Shown: positions 1 through 9,680 of the stretch, piece after piece
Layout: each line of letters starts with the position of its first letter
Numbering within the stretch: position 1 is the first letter of the stretch
Source of the DNA: Nitrospirota bacterium
GTDB taxonomy: Bacteria; Nitrospirota; Thermodesulfovibrionia; Thermodesulfovibrionales; JdFR-86
Assembly (NCBI GenBank): GCA_963721805.1
Contig: CAVRJY010000005.1
Span: 1-64,000, forward strand
DNA length: 64,000 bases
Reading direction: 5' to 3'
Position numbers and translations under genes: made by a program
Notes under the pieces: model-generated
Databases searched by the model: none
Told to the model about the DNA's origin: nothing
The model's input: only the letters and a program-made list of their open reading frames with translations

Positions 1-86
1 CGCAGCAGGGTTGGATAGCGGTTTAAATACATGCCATGAACTTAAAGATTGAAAGCTGGTAAAATAAAAATGGTTAAGGGAATTCG

Positions 87-500
87 ATGAACAAACTCCA
101 TACGACACCAATAACATCCGCGAGGATGCGGGAGGTTGCCTCCTATGATACAAATATTGAGATTATCGTAAGGAAAAAACTTTTTAGCTTAGGATACCGG
201 TACAGACTTCATGACAAATCTCTTCCCTGCAAGCCTGACGTAGTTTTAAAAAAACATAAATCTGTGATTTTTATAAATGGTTGTTTTTGGCATGGTCATT
301 CAAAATGCAGTAAAGGAAAACTTAAACCGCGAACAAATGCTGCTTATTGGAAAGATAAAATTGATAGGAATATGCGGCGCGATACGAGATGTCTTTCTGA
401 ATTGAGAGATATGGGGTGGAAAGTGTTAGTGATATGGGAATGTGAAATACCTGAAACGGAACAGATATTGAAAGGTTTTTTTGCTAAAAATGATAAATAG
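87..500 (+). CDS. vsr: Very short patch repair endonuclease (Vsr)
   Basis: Vsr motifs (LPCKPDVV, IFINGCFWHGH, LVIWECE); adjacent to a C5 methyltransferase. Confidence 0.92.
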   Translation: MNKLHTTPITSARMREVASYDTNIEIIVRKKLFSLGYRYRLHDKSLPCKPDVVLKKHKSVIFINGCFWHGHSKCSKGKLKPRTNAAYWKDKIDRNMRRDTRCLSELRDMGWKVLVIWECEIPETEQILKGFFAKNDK

Positions 501-1878
501 ATATGCGATAAGCCTCTTTAGTGGCTCAGGCATTGGGGATTTAGGCTATAGAGATGCGGGGATGCGTTTTATTTCGATGTGTGAAAGCGAACATGATAGG
601 GCAGAACTATTAAGGGTCAACTATCCTGAATCTGAGGTTTATGCAGGAGATATTAACGATTATATTACGCCCATTATAGCTCAAGCGCAGGACATCATGC
701 AGAATGATAATGCCGAAATATTTTTAATATCATGTACTGCACCTTGTCAGGGCATGTCGAAAAGTGGGCAAGGCACATTATTAAGAAATATTAGGTTAGG
801 GAAACGACCAAAATTGGATCCAAGAAATCGATTGATTTTACCGGCGCTTGAAATAATCATAAAAATCAAACCATTTTTTGTAGTCTTTGAAAATGTTTGT
901 GAAATGAGAAACACAATTATTGAAGACTCAGATGGTGAATTGAGAAACATATTGGATATTATAAAAAAACGTCTTGGCAGTTCATATTATGGTCAAGCAT
1001 ATGATGTCGAATTTGCAGATTACGGCATCCCACAAAGACGGAAAAGACTAATAACCGTATTTACAAGACATGAATTAGCTATTCAACAATATACGCAAGG
1101 GCTTCCCCTAATCCCTGAGGCTACTCACTCGTTAAATGGTAAAAACGGAAAGCTTAAATGGGTTTCAGTAATGGATGCCATTAAAGACTTTCCACCCCTT
1201 GATGCGAAGAGCAAGGAAACCGCCGTGGATAATACGATTCCTTTTCATAGAGTCCCAATTCTTGATTCAAAGAAATATAATTGGATTTTAAATACGCCTC
1301 CCGCTAAGTCTGCTTTTGATAATCAATGCATAAACCCCAAGTGCAGGTCTCAATGCAATGTTACTCATGGAACAATAAAAAATATAGCGGGAATAAACCA
1401 GTCTCGAAAAGATACTCCGCTTTACTGCGAAAAATGCGGAGCACTATTACCGCGACCGTATAGTGAAAATAAAGATGGTTCCATTCGTATTATGTCAGGG
1501 TATACAAGTGCCTACAAAAGGATGGATGCAAATATGCCATGTCCTGCTATTACAAGAAATTTAAGTTTTGCTTGCTCTGACAATAAAGTCCATCCTTTTC
1601 AAAATAGAGTGTTATCTCTAGCAGAAGCGATTCGCCTGCAAACCATATCCGATTATAGATATTATTGGGGACCAATTTATAGTAAAAAAATGGACAGGAA
1701 AGAAGTTGCGCCTGATACTCTAATCCGACTCGTAATTGGTGAAAGCATACCTCCAAAGTTTACTGAGCTATTGGGAAAACACCTAATTGAAATGAGCAAA
1801 GGACAGGGGAATTATTTTAATACACACATTCAAAATAAATTGTTATTCGAATTTGAAAACACTGTTAAGTCTTGTTAG
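490..1878 (+). CDS. DNA (cytosine-5)-methyltransferase
   Basis: Motif I LFSGSG, catalytic PCQG, ENV, YGIPQRRKR, C-terminal IGESIPP; ATG at 490 preferred over TTG at 481. Confidence 0.92.
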   Translation: MINRYAISLFSGSGIGDLGYRDAGMRFISMCESEHDRAELLRVNYPESEVYAGDINDYITPIIAQAQDIMQNDNAEIFLISCTAPCQGMSKSGQGTLLRNIRLGKRPKLDPRNRLILPALEIIIKIKPFFVVFENVCEMRNTIIEDSDGELRNILDIIKKRLGSSYYGQAYDVEFADYGIPQRRKRLITVFTRHELAIQQYTQGLPLIPEATHSLNGKNGKLKWVSVMDAIKDFPPLDAKSKETAVDNTIPFHRVPILDSKKYNWILNTPPAKSAFDNQCINPKCRSQCNVTHGTIKNIAGINQSRKDTPLYCEKCGALLPRPYSENKDGSIRIMSGYTSAYKRMDANMPCPAITRNLSFACSDNKVHPFQNRVLSLAEAIRLQTISDYRYYWGPIYSKKMDRKEVAPDTLIRLVIGESIPPKFTELLGKHLIEMSKGQGNYFNTHIQNKLLFEFENTVKSC

Positions 1879-2826
1879 CATTAAATCCTCATTAGGCAGA
1901 ACTAACCATCCTTGCCCCATTTTCTTGACACCATTTTTTTTCATAATTGAAACGCTTGTCGTCCTGCCGCCACCTTTTTTGGGATGGACAATTGCGCCCC
2001 AATCAACGTTACTACGTCCTTCAGAGAAATCCAAATCATTCCTGAAAAAAACAGCAAGAACGGTAGGTAGTCTATCTACGAAATCCCAATAAATACCAAG
2101 CAATACCTCTGTCTGCTGATGGTGTGCCTTCCATTCAGCACTAACAAGTATCGGCAGCCTGGAATCACCGATAAGTGGTTTTCTAACTTTAGAAGCAGGA
2201 GGCGTATTTCCGCACGTAGCTTTAATTTCAATGCCGCCAAAAGGGTACGGACTCCAAATTGATTTATCACATTTCAATCTTCCAGTAGCATCAGTATTCG
2301 CTTCTTTGTAGTGAATGCCATTCTTGGTCATTGCGCATAGATCAGGGTATCCATCTTGATTGGGATTTACAATGAAATAATCTTTATAACATCTATAAAC
2401 TTCTCTTCCGAACACCTCGCCAACAAATGCGCTTAGATTTCGTAATCCAAGTATTTGAAAAAAATCTATCCCGTATAGGGCAGATAAGTCATGAACTAAT
2501 TCTATGGCTTTATTTGTTGACATGAGACTCTTTCTAACTAAATTTGCATCCAAACAATAACTGCAATCTTTGTCAGCAGCATAGGTTAATTCTTCTTTTT
2601 TTCGAGATGAGATTTTAAATGTCCATTGACTTCTGATGCTTCGCTGTTCTGTTACGTCTTCATTTCTTGATGCGATAATAGCTGCTTCCGAGAAGAAATT
2701 TTCAATCGGAACGTCATGTTTTTTAAGCAAAGCATCAATTTCATCAAAACTAATTGTAGCTGCGCCATGTCCACTTATTAATAGTTTTAAAGTTTTAGAG
2801 ATTACCTCTTGAATTTTGGATGACAT
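1843..2826 (-). CDS. Probable type II restriction endonuclease (PD-(D/E)xK)
   Basis: YPDL...IEIK motif; convergent with the methyltransferase; coupled to an XRE controller gene; low GC. Confidence 0.6.
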   Translation of the reverse strand: MSSKIQEVISKTLKLLISGHGAATISFDEIDALLKKHDVPIENFFSEAAIIASRNEDVTEQRSIRSQWTFKISSRKKEELTYAADKDCSYCLDANLVRKSLMSTNKAIELVHDLSALYGIDFFQILGLRNLSAFVGEVFGREVYRCYKDYFIVNPNQDGYPDLCAMTKNGIHYKEANTDATGRLKCDKSIWSPYPFGGIEIKATCGNTPPASKVRKPLIGDSRLPILVSAEWKAHHQQTEVLLGIYWDFVDRLPTVLAVFFRNDLDFSEGRSNVDWGAIVHPKKGGGRTTSVSIMKKNGVKKMGQGWLVLPNEDLMLTRLNSVFKFE

Positions 2827-3059
2827 CAGAAAATCCCTTTTAATAAATCAATAAGTTCAATTTCGAGAGCATGTGATATTTTTATCAAATTGATGAAGCT
2901 AACGTTTCTCTCTCCTCGTTCCACGTCACTAATGTACGTACGATGTAAATTAGATAGTTCTGCTAATCTTTCTTGCGAGTAGCCTTTCTTTTGGCGCACT
3001 ACACGAATAGCGTTGCCAAGATTCCTAAGACTCTCTTTTTGTTTTCCAGAAAAAGGCAT
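2826..3059 (-). CDS. XRE-family HTH regulator (R-M controller protein-like)
   Basis: SQERLAELSNLHRTYISDVERGERNVS helix-turn-helix; stop overlaps the endonuclease start. Confidence 0.85.
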   Translation of the reverse strand: MPFSGKQKESLRNLGNAIRVVRQKKGYSQERLAELSNLHRTYISDVERGERNVSFINLIKISHALEIELIDLLKGIF

Positions 3060-3081
3060 GTTTGACTTTGGCCCGGATGAA

Positions 3082-3120
3082 GCTTATAAGTCTACAGCCA
3101 ATAAGTGACTATCCTAGTCA
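3082..3120. promoter_or_regulatory. Candidate controller-protein operator (C-box-like)
   Basis: Palindrome TGACTA-TCC-TAGTCA (3106-3120) and CTTAT...ATAAG symmetry just upstream of the XRE gene. Confidence 0.4.
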
Positions 3121-3249
3121 AGACTCCCGAAACTATTTGCTTCAGAGCTTTCGGAGGCAATTCCCCAAAAGCGTGCAAAATTAGGCCGACAGGCAACGTC
3201 GTAGTGAATACTATCCCAGTAAAGTTATAATAGATTTAGTGGAGGATGC

Positions 3250-3984
3250 ATGAAAAGAAGAGGATACGATTTCGTAAGGTCAAAGAAGCTCAAGGTTGCC
3301 CGTTCCGAAGATGCGGATTTCACGGCTACTGCGCCCAAGGCCATGCCCGAGGCCCCGGCGGCCAAGAGGCCCGGCAGGGCAAGCGCTGCCGCACCCAAGG
3401 ACACGTGTGAGACACCGGTAGCCAGGAGGACGAGCAGGACAAGCTCTGCCAGGCCGGTCAGGTCCGCCAGATATGACAGCGAGCGGGGGCAGACGATCGA
3501 AAAACCCCATCTAAACATAGACATACACGGGATCGTCCCTGTCGGGCAGATGCCCAACGGCACGATAAAGGCCGCGATCAACGAGACGACGATCTATATC
3601 TCGACGACCGCGAACCCCTCAAAGGGCGGCATGGTCGCGACCTACAGGATGGCGGGCGAGTACTACGGCCTCTCGGCCGAGCAGTACGCGCGCGTCAAGG
3701 CCGACTGCCCCGCAACGAGGACGCCGACCGAGGCCGAGCTTGCGCTCAGGAAGATCAAGATCATGTTCGCCCACGCCGAGACGCTCACCTCAAACCAGGG
3801 CGAGTACTTCCGCACGGTCAAGCGCGCCGAGCAGGCCCGCGCCGACTGGGAGGCCAAGTACTCCACGGACGCGAAGAACCTCGCCGCGGCCGAGGAGGCC
3901 CGTGCGATGACGAAGAAATGGACGACGCTTAATGAGACGAAGCATAAAGAGCCCAAGAAGAAGCTCGGCAGCGCCAAGAAGTAA
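3250..3984 (+). CDS. Hypothetical protein
   Basis: GGAGG RBS before ATG; host-like codon usage; followed by a hairpin; no recognised motif. Confidence 0.55.
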   Translation: MKRRGYDFVRSKKLKVARSEDADFTATAPKAMPEAPAAKRPGRASAAAPKDTCETPVARRTSRTSSARPVRSARYDSERGQTIEKPHLNIDIHGIVPVGQMPNGTIKAAINETTIYISTTANPSKGGMVATYRMAGEYYGLSAEQYARVKADCPATRTPTEAELALRKIKIMFAHAETLTSNQGEYFRTVKRAEQARADWEAKYSTDAKNLAAAEEARAMTKKWTTLNETKHKEPKKKLGSAKK

Positions 3985-4028
3985 GGGGGCCGGTTGGCCC
4001 CCTGTCGCCCCTACCATAGCACCCACCG

Positions 4029-4100
4029 AAAGCGAGCGATTTTCAATGAAAAGGGGCCTGTCGGCCCCGCGCGTTTTTCAGGGAGGGCGCCCGTGGCGCC
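4029..4100 (+). repeat. Degenerate relative of the dispersed repeat (double-hairpin variant)
   Basis: AAAGCG start, GGGGCC..GGCCCC hairpin, T-rich/AGGGAGG linker and GGCGCC-CGT-GGCGCC hairpin match the layout of the insert in copies G, K and P. Confidence 0.35.
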
Positions 4101-4175
4101 ACCTTCACAGCATCTTCATCATCTGTCAGCATAATAAGCTCTAAGTTTCAACCAGCTCATGAGAGGAGATTTATT

Positions 4176-4823
4176 GTGAAAAAGGCATTATTGATGTTCC
4201 TCGTAGTCCTGATGCTCGGCGTCGCGGGCGGAAGCGCATCGGCCATCCTGCTGCCGCTGCCATTGCCGCCCCCGATCATCCTCCCGATCCCGCCGCCGCT
4301 GGTGGTGATACCGGGCACGTACGTCTATGCGCCGCCGGACCCCGCGCTGCTGGGGCTGTTCTTCTTCGACGGCCTGTGGTACCGGCAGTATGAGGGCAGG
4401 TGGTACCGCTCGCCGCGGTATGACGGAGGCCGCTGGAGTTACATGCGCGACCGCGACGTGCCGATGGGCATGCGCCACATCCCGCCGGACTACCACAGCC
4501 GCATCCAGGGCGGCGAGCACCTGCGCTATGACGACGTCAACCGCAACTGGCGCGGCTGGAGGAGCAGCCACAGGTGGGAGCGCGATCCAGGCTGGAGGGG
4601 CGCACCGGCTGGCGGACATGAGCACGGTGGAGCAATGCCGGCTGGCGGCCACGGGCACGGTGCTGCAATGCCGGGCGGCGGCCATGCGCATGGTGGAGCG
4701 ATGCCGGCTGGCGGTCACGACAAGGGCGGCGGCGGGCATGACAAGGGCGGCGGCGGGCATGACAAGGGCGGCGGTCATGATAAGGGCAACAAGGACAAGG
4801 AACACGGAGATAACGGCCGCTAA
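4176..4823 (+). CDS. Secreted Trp/Tyr/Arg-rich protein with Gly/His-rich repeat tail
   Basis: Signal peptide; VVIPGTYVY...LFFFDGLWYR domain; GGHxHGxAMP and GGHDKGG repeats; AGGAG RBS. Confidence 0.8.
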   Translation: MKKALLMFLVVLMLGVAGGSASAILLPLPLPPPIILPIPPPLVVIPGTYVYAPPDPALLGLFFFDGLWYRQYEGRWYRSPRYDGGRWSYMRDRDVPMGMRHIPPDYHSRIQGGEHLRYDDVNRNWRGWRSSHRWERDPGWRGAPAGGHEHGGAMPAGGHGHGAAMPGGGHAHGGAMPAGGHDKGGGGHDKGGGGHDKGGGHDKGNKDKEHGDNGR

Positions 4824-4851
4824 CTCATAACTCGCTGCGAACAGATGATCC

Positions 4852-4880
4852 ACGGGGGGCCCGCAAGGCCCCCCGTTTTT
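4852..4880 (+). terminator. Rho-independent terminator
   Basis: ACGGGGGGCC-CGCAA-GGCCCCCCGT hairpin followed by a T run. Confidence 0.75.
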
Positions 4881-4923
4881 ATGCCCCCTGTAAATAATCC
4901 CCACGCTGTGATAATGTTTAGGC

Positions 4924-6243
4924 ATGTCGCTAACAAGGGGGAATAACCGCATGCTGAAAAAAGTTCTGATACTGCTCGCCGCGCTCATGCTCGGTTCGTG
5001 CGTCGTGCCGATGGCCCCTATGGCACCGATGGAGCCGCAGGCGCCCTACGGGCTCTCTTACGCCCCGCCGCTTGCGGTCGTGCCAGGCACCTATATCTAT
5101 GCCGCGCCGGACACGCCGGGGCTGTTCTTCTATCAGGGCTACTGGTACCGCCATTACGGCGACAGGTGGTACATGGCGACGAGGTACGACTCTGACCGCT
5201 GGTCATACATGCGCGACAACGACGTGCCGCAGGGGATCTATTATCTGCCGCAAGATTACCGCAGCAGGCTCGGGGACCGCGACCGCATCAGGACCGACGA
5301 CGTGCAGCACAACTGGCGCCAGTGGGAGCAGGAGCGCAGGTGGGGCCGCGAGAAATGGTGGCGCGACCAGCGTGACATGGGTGGCGCCCCTGCGCCGGGC
5401 TACCAGCAAGAACCGCCGCAGCTGCCTCAGTTAACGATCATGTCGCCGTCGCTGGTGGTGATCCCCGGCACATACATCTATGCCGAGCCTGATATGGAAG
5501 GGCTCTTCTTCTATCAGGGCTATTGGTATCGTCAGCAGGACAACAGATGGTACAGGGCACAGAGGTATGACACGGACCGATGGTCGTATTTGCGCGACAA
5601 CGATGTGCCAGCAGAGCTGCACGGTATCCCGCATGATTACAGCAAACGCATAGAAGGCCACAAGCGTATCAGAAACGAAGACGCCATACGCAACTGGCGC
5701 CAGTGGGAGCAGGAGCGCAGGTGGGAGCGCGATCCGTCGTGGCGTGGAGAGCGGCAGGATAAGGGTGGCCAGCAGGATAAGGGCAAGCCCGCACCATACG
5801 TGAAGCCCGAGCAGCGTGAGCAGCGCAAACCCTCACCTTACGTGCAGCCTGAGCAGCGTGAGCAGGGCAAACCCTCACCTTACGTGAAGCCCGAGCAGCG
5901 TGAGCAGGGCAAACCCTCACCTTACGTGAAGCCCGAGCAGCGTGAGCAGGGCAAACCCTCACCTTACGTGAAGCCCGAGCAGCGTGAACAGCACGATCAG
6001 CATGAGACCGGCCGTCCAGTTCAGGGGACTCCGGCAATAAACGGCCAGCAGGAAAAGGGCCTCCAGAATAAAGACAAGGCAAAGGCCAAGGAAGATAAGG
6101 CCAAGGAAGATAAGGCTAAGGCTAAGGCTAAGGCCAAACAAAAGGCCAGGGAAAAGGAAAAGGCCAAGGCCCAGGAAAAGGACAAAGACAAAGAAAAGGC
6201 GCAGCCTCAGCCGGCCGCCCCGGCCGTCCAGCCCCGCCAATAA
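4924..6243 (+). CDS. Lipoprotein with two copies of the same Trp/Tyr-rich domain, paralogue of 4176..4823
   Basis: Lipobox LGSC; two VV(I)PGTYIYA..LFFYQGYWYR..RWSY domains; low-complexity tail; real start may be ATG 4951. Confidence 0.8.
   Translation: MSLTRGNNRMLKKVLILLAALMLGSCVVPMAPMAPMEPQAPYGLSYAPPLAVVPGTYIYAAPDTPGLFFYQGYWYRHYGDRWYMATRYDSDRWSYMRDNDVPQGIYYLPQDYRSRLGDRDRIRTDDVQHNWRQWEQERRWGREKWWRDQRDMGGAPAPGYQQEPPQLPQLTIMSPSLVVIPGTYIYAEPDMEGLFFYQGYWYRQQDNRWYRAQRYDTDRWSYLRDNDVPAELHGIPHDYSKRIEGHKRIRNEDAIRNWRQWEQERRWERDPSWRGERQDKGGQQDKGKPAPYVKPEQREQRKPSPYVQPEQREQGKPSPYVKPEQREQGKPSPYVKPEQREQGKPSPYVKPEQREQHDQHETGRPVQGTPAINGQQEKGLQNKDKAKAKEDKAKEDKAKAKAKAKQKAREKEKAKAQEKDKDKEKAQPQPAAPAVQPRQ
5779..5988 (+). 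repeat. Coding tandem repeat, 5 x 42 bp (QGKPSPYVKPEQRE)
   Basis: Five in-frame near-identical units read directly. Confidence 0.9.
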
Positions 6244-6264
6244 TCTGCCGGGGGGCTGGTGGCG

Positions 6265-6600
6265 CTATGCTGCCGGCCCCCCGAACTCCTTCAGCCGCTT
6301 GCGGTCCTCCCTCACCTCCGGGCAGTCGATCCGCTCAAGCACGCTCATGATCAGAAACCGCCGAAACGCGTCGCGCTCCTCGAGCCTGTAATGGCCCCAC
6401 CGGCCCTCCTTGCGGTACGCGACCAGCCCCGCGCCGCGCAGCACCCGCAGGTGAAACGAGGCCTTCGGCTGCGAGATCCCGATAGCGGCCGTGATCTGGC
6501 AGACGCACAGCTCCCCGCCCTCTAAAAGCTTGATTACCCTCAGGCGCGTATCGTCCGCCAACGCCTGAAACACCTCGCTGAGCCTCTCTTTTTTCGCCAT
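6265..6600 (-). CDS. ArsR/SmtB family transcriptional regulator
   Basis: ALADDTRLRVI, ELCVC metal motif, SQPKASFHL. Confidence 0.9.
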   Translation of the reverse strand: MAKKERLSEVFQALADDTRLRVIKLLEGGELCVCQITAAIGISQPKASFHLRVLRGAGLVAYRKEGRWGHYRLEERDAFRRFLIMSVLERIDCPEVREDRKRLKEFGGPAA

Positions 6601-6611
6601 CTTGCTCCCCT

Positions 6612-7565
6612 CTATCCGAGCACCATGTTAAACAGATATCCGACCGCGATGATCGCGACGGCCATTATCCCCGCGAATACCGCAAGCAGCTGCGGCTTCA
6701 AGACCTTCCGTAGTATAACCATCTCGGGGAAAGATATCCCGGTCACCGCCATCATGAACGCCAGGACGGTGCCCATCGCGAGCCCCTTTTCCATCAGCGC
6801 GTAGACGACCGGCACGATGCCCGCCGCGCTTGCGTATAGCGGTATGCCCATCAGCACCGCCAGCGGCACCGCGAATGGGTTGCCAGCCCCCGCGTACCGC
6901 GCGAGGAAGTCCGAGGGCGCATAGCCGTGTATGAACGCCCCGATCCCGATGGCGACGATAACGTATAACCAGACCGTGCGGATGATGTCTGCGGCCGCCC
7001 GCCTCGCGTACGCCACGCGCCCCTTAAGCGTCATCGCCCGCTCGACCGAGAGCGTGAGCCCGAGCGCGCGCCGGGGCTGCGGCTCGACCCAGCGCTCCAG
7101 GCCGAGCTTCCCTATCACGATGCCCGAGGTGATCGCGACCGCGAGGCCCGCGCCAATATAGATGGCCGCGACCTTAAGCCCGAACATCCCCAGCAGGAGC
7201 ACGACCGCGACCTCGTTGATCATCGGCGAGGCGATCAGGAACGAGAACGTCACCCCCAGCGGCACCCCGGCCTCGACGAACCCGATAAAGAGCGGCACGG
7301 CCGAGCAGGAACAAAACGGCGTGACGATGCCGAGCATGGCGGCGAGCACGTTGCCTATAAATATTTTCTTATGCGATAGCAGCCTTCTGGCCCGCTCGGG
7401 CGGAAACCAGCTCCTTATGAACGAGACCGCGAAGATCATGACCGCCAGGAGCGCGAAGATCTTTATCGTCTCGTATACAAAGAACTCGAGCGCGCCCCCG
7501 AGCCTCCCGCCCTCGGGCAGCCCGGCCAGCCCGTATGCGACCCATACCGCCAGTTCTTTCAGCAT
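6612..7565 (-). CDS. Permease (ArsP/DUF318 family)
   Basis: TPFCSCSAVP motif; multiple TM helices; next to ArsR. Confidence 0.85.
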   Translation of the reverse strand: MLKELAVWVAYGLAGLPEGGRLGGALEFFVYETIKIFALLAVMIFAVSFIRSWFPPERARRLLSHKKIFIGNVLAAMLGIVTPFCSCSAVPLFIGFVEAGVPLGVTFSFLIASPMINEVAVVLLLGMFGLKVAAIYIGAGLAVAITSGIVIGKLGLERWVEPQPRRALGLTLSVERAMTLKGRVAYARRAAADIIRTVWLYVIVAIGIGAFIHGYAPSDFLARYAGAGNPFAVPLAVLMGIPLYASAAGIVPVVYALMEKGLAMGTVLAFMMAVTGISFPEMVILRKVLKPQLLAVFAGIMAVAIIAVGYLFNMVLG

Positions 7566-7680
7566 GGTTGGAGTATATCAAAGTTTCTTTATGTATGCAA
7601 GCATGGCGCGCCAGCTCTCTCTGGCCCGGAGCCCAAGTGTTTGCCTTGAAATTTGCGTCACATATGTAGTTTAATAGCGA

Positions 7681-8844
7681 ATGAGCGCGTCGCGTCATAC
7701 ATCAGGCCGCTGCGCCTTGCGCCTCCCGGCGCTGGTCCTGCTTTTTCTCCTGACCGCGATCCCCTCCTGGGCACAGACCAGAAACGCCGCGCTCGACAGC
7801 CTCTCCAAAAACGGCGCGGCCATAGCGATCAACTCCGACTCCTCCGTGCTATTTGAGAGGAACTCATCGGCCAAGCTCCCCCCGGCCAGCACGACCAAGC
7901 TCGTCACCGCCATGGTCGCGATAGACATGCTCTCCCCGGACACGATAGTGACGGTAAGCAGGCACGCCGCGTGCACGCCCTCGGTCTCCCCTCACCTGAG
8001 GCCCGGCGAGACCTTCACGGTCGAGGACCTGCTGCACATAGCCCTGATCCGCTCGGTCAACTCCGCCGCGATAGCGCTGGCCGAGGCAGCCGCGGGCTCG
8101 GAGGACGAGTTCGCGAAGCTCATGAACGCGAAGGTCAAGAAGATCGGGGCGGTGGACACGAAGTTCGTAAACGCCTCCGGCCTCCCGGACGAGGGCATAC
8201 AGTACACGACCGTATACGACCTGACGCTGATACTCAAAGAGGCGCTCAAGTACCCGCTGATCAAGGAGATCATCGGCAAGAAGGACATGCGCGTCTACAG
8301 CCAGGAGGGCCGCGCCCTCTACGTGCAGAGCACCGACCGGATGCTCTGGGCCTCGGACAAGCTCATAGGCGGCAAGACCGGCTATACCCGCGCGGCGCGC
8401 CACTGCTTCGTCGGCGCGATAGAGACCGACGACGGCCTGCTCTATACCGCGGTGCTCGGGGCCAGGTCGCGCGGCGTGCTCTGGGCGAGCACCGGCGCGC
8501 TGATGGGTCTGAGCGGCAAGCCCCTGCCCGAGGAAGCCGGCAACGATGACCGGGCCGACGCTCCCAAGCCGGTGAAGAGGGCCGTCAGATCGCACCCGAA
8601 GGCTGCCCCGGTCAAGGCTGTATCAAGGGCCGCCGCGGGCTCGGCGAGGGCGAAGCAGTACGCCGCCGCCGCGAAGCTCCGCTCCGCAGCGGCCAGGAAA
8701 CGCTCCGAGACCGCAAGGCTTAAGGCCAGGCAGGCCGCTGCCGCCTCCAAAAAACTCAGACCCGCCCCGACCGCGGCAAAGCAGCCCGCCACATCCGCCG
8801 CCGCCGACAAGACCAAAGACACCCCCGTCGCCGCATCGGACTAG
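7681..8844 (+). CDS. D-alanyl-D-alanine carboxypeptidase (peptidase S11)
   Basis: SxxK (PASTTK), SxN (SVN), KTG motifs; Ala/Lys-rich tail. Confidence 0.9.
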   Translation: MSASRHTSGRCALRLPALVLLFLLTAIPSWAQTRNAALDSLSKNGAAIAINSDSSVLFERNSSAKLPPASTTKLVTAMVAIDMLSPDTIVTVSRHAACTPSVSPHLRPGETFTVEDLLHIALIRSVNSAAIALAEAAAGSEDEFAKLMNAKVKKIGAVDTKFVNASGLPDEGIQYTTVYDLTLILKEALKYPLIKEIIGKKDMRVYSQEGRALYVQSTDRMLWASDKLIGGKTGYTRAARHCFVGAIETDDGLLYTAVLGARSRGVLWASTGALMGLSGKPLPEEAGNDDRADAPKPVKRAVRSHPKAAPVKAVSRAAAGSARAKQYAAAAKLRSAAARKRSETARLKARQAAAASKKLRPAPTAAKQPATSAAADKTKDTPVAASD

Positions 8845-8930
8845 ATTCACGAAGATTCCAGCCCGTCGTCTTATCGCTGTCCCAAGAACCCGCGAGCGCA
8901 AGCAAGAACCAGTCGGCCCCTTTAATTAAA

Positions 8931-9099
8931 GCCGTTGACCATCGGGGCCGGGGGGCTTCGTTATTCTCTCCCCCCGAAAGCGCGCCCAAATCGTCTTCAG
9001 ACAAGGCAGGGCGAGAAGACCGCCCGATGGTGTACTGTGACGTACATAGAGGGCGAGTCTTCACAGCCCAACGCAGTATCAAGCGATTTGGAGCGCTTT
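8931..9099 (+). repeat. Dispersed structured repeat, copy A (head type I)
   Basis: GCCGTTGACC head; AAAGCGC...GCGCTTT body; GTAC-TGTGAC-GTAC apex. Confidence 0.9.
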
Positions 9100-9101
9100 G
9101 A

Positions 9102-9425
9102 TTACTCTGGGGTATCCGCCGGCGTTACGATGGCGAGGACTACCATCCGTTCGCCTAGATTCGCCCTGAACCCGTGCTGGACCATCGGGTCGCACAGTAC
9201 GCAGGTCTTCTCGTCCGCCTCTACCGTCTCGTCTCCGACGATGAACGTGCCCCGGCCCTGCACGCAGTACATCATCAGCCTCATCGGGGCCTTGTGGGGC
9301 TCCAAGGCCTGCCCGGCCTCAAGGCACATAAGCGCGATGCGCATCTCGGGCTTGTCAGAGAGCATCTCGCGCGTGATCTTGTCGTGCCTGAACGTTATCA
9401 GCTTCTTTAGGTCAATGGTATCCAT
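9102..9425 (-). CDS. Cupin domain protein
   Basis: AGQALEPHKAP...GRGTFIVG...PMVQHG cupin motifs; AAGGAGG RBS before ATG 9425. Confidence 0.85.
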   Translation of the reverse strand: MDTIDLKKLITFRHDKITREMLSDKPEMRIALMCLEAGQALEPHKAPMRLMMYCVQGRGTFIVGDETVEADEKTCVLCDPMVQHGFRANLGERMVVLAIVTPADTPE

Positions 9426-9495
9426 CTGAACGCCTCCTTTTGCATTAATCTTAGCAGGAGCCACACGGTTGCGCTATGACACAGATCAGATCAAT

Positions 9496-9668
9496 GCCGT
9501 TGACCTTGGGGGGCCCGGGGGGCGTATGTTGGAAGTGACACCCCCGAAAGCGCGAGAAATCGTGTCAGACTAGGAAGGGCGAGGAAACCGCCCGATGGTG
9601 TACTGAGATGTACATAGAGGGCGAGTTTTCGAGAACTGACGACGTATCACGCGAGTTTCCCGCGCTTT
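9496..9668 (+). repeat. Dispersed structured repeat, copy B (head type I)
   Basis: Same head, body and apex (GTAC-TGAGAT-GTAC). Confidence 0.9.
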
Positions 9669-9680
9669 GAAAAAGGCTAC

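Noticed and set aside
5779..5988. 42-bp tandem repeat as a CRISPR or non-coding array
   Set aside because: No spacers; the units are in frame within a lipoprotein gene.
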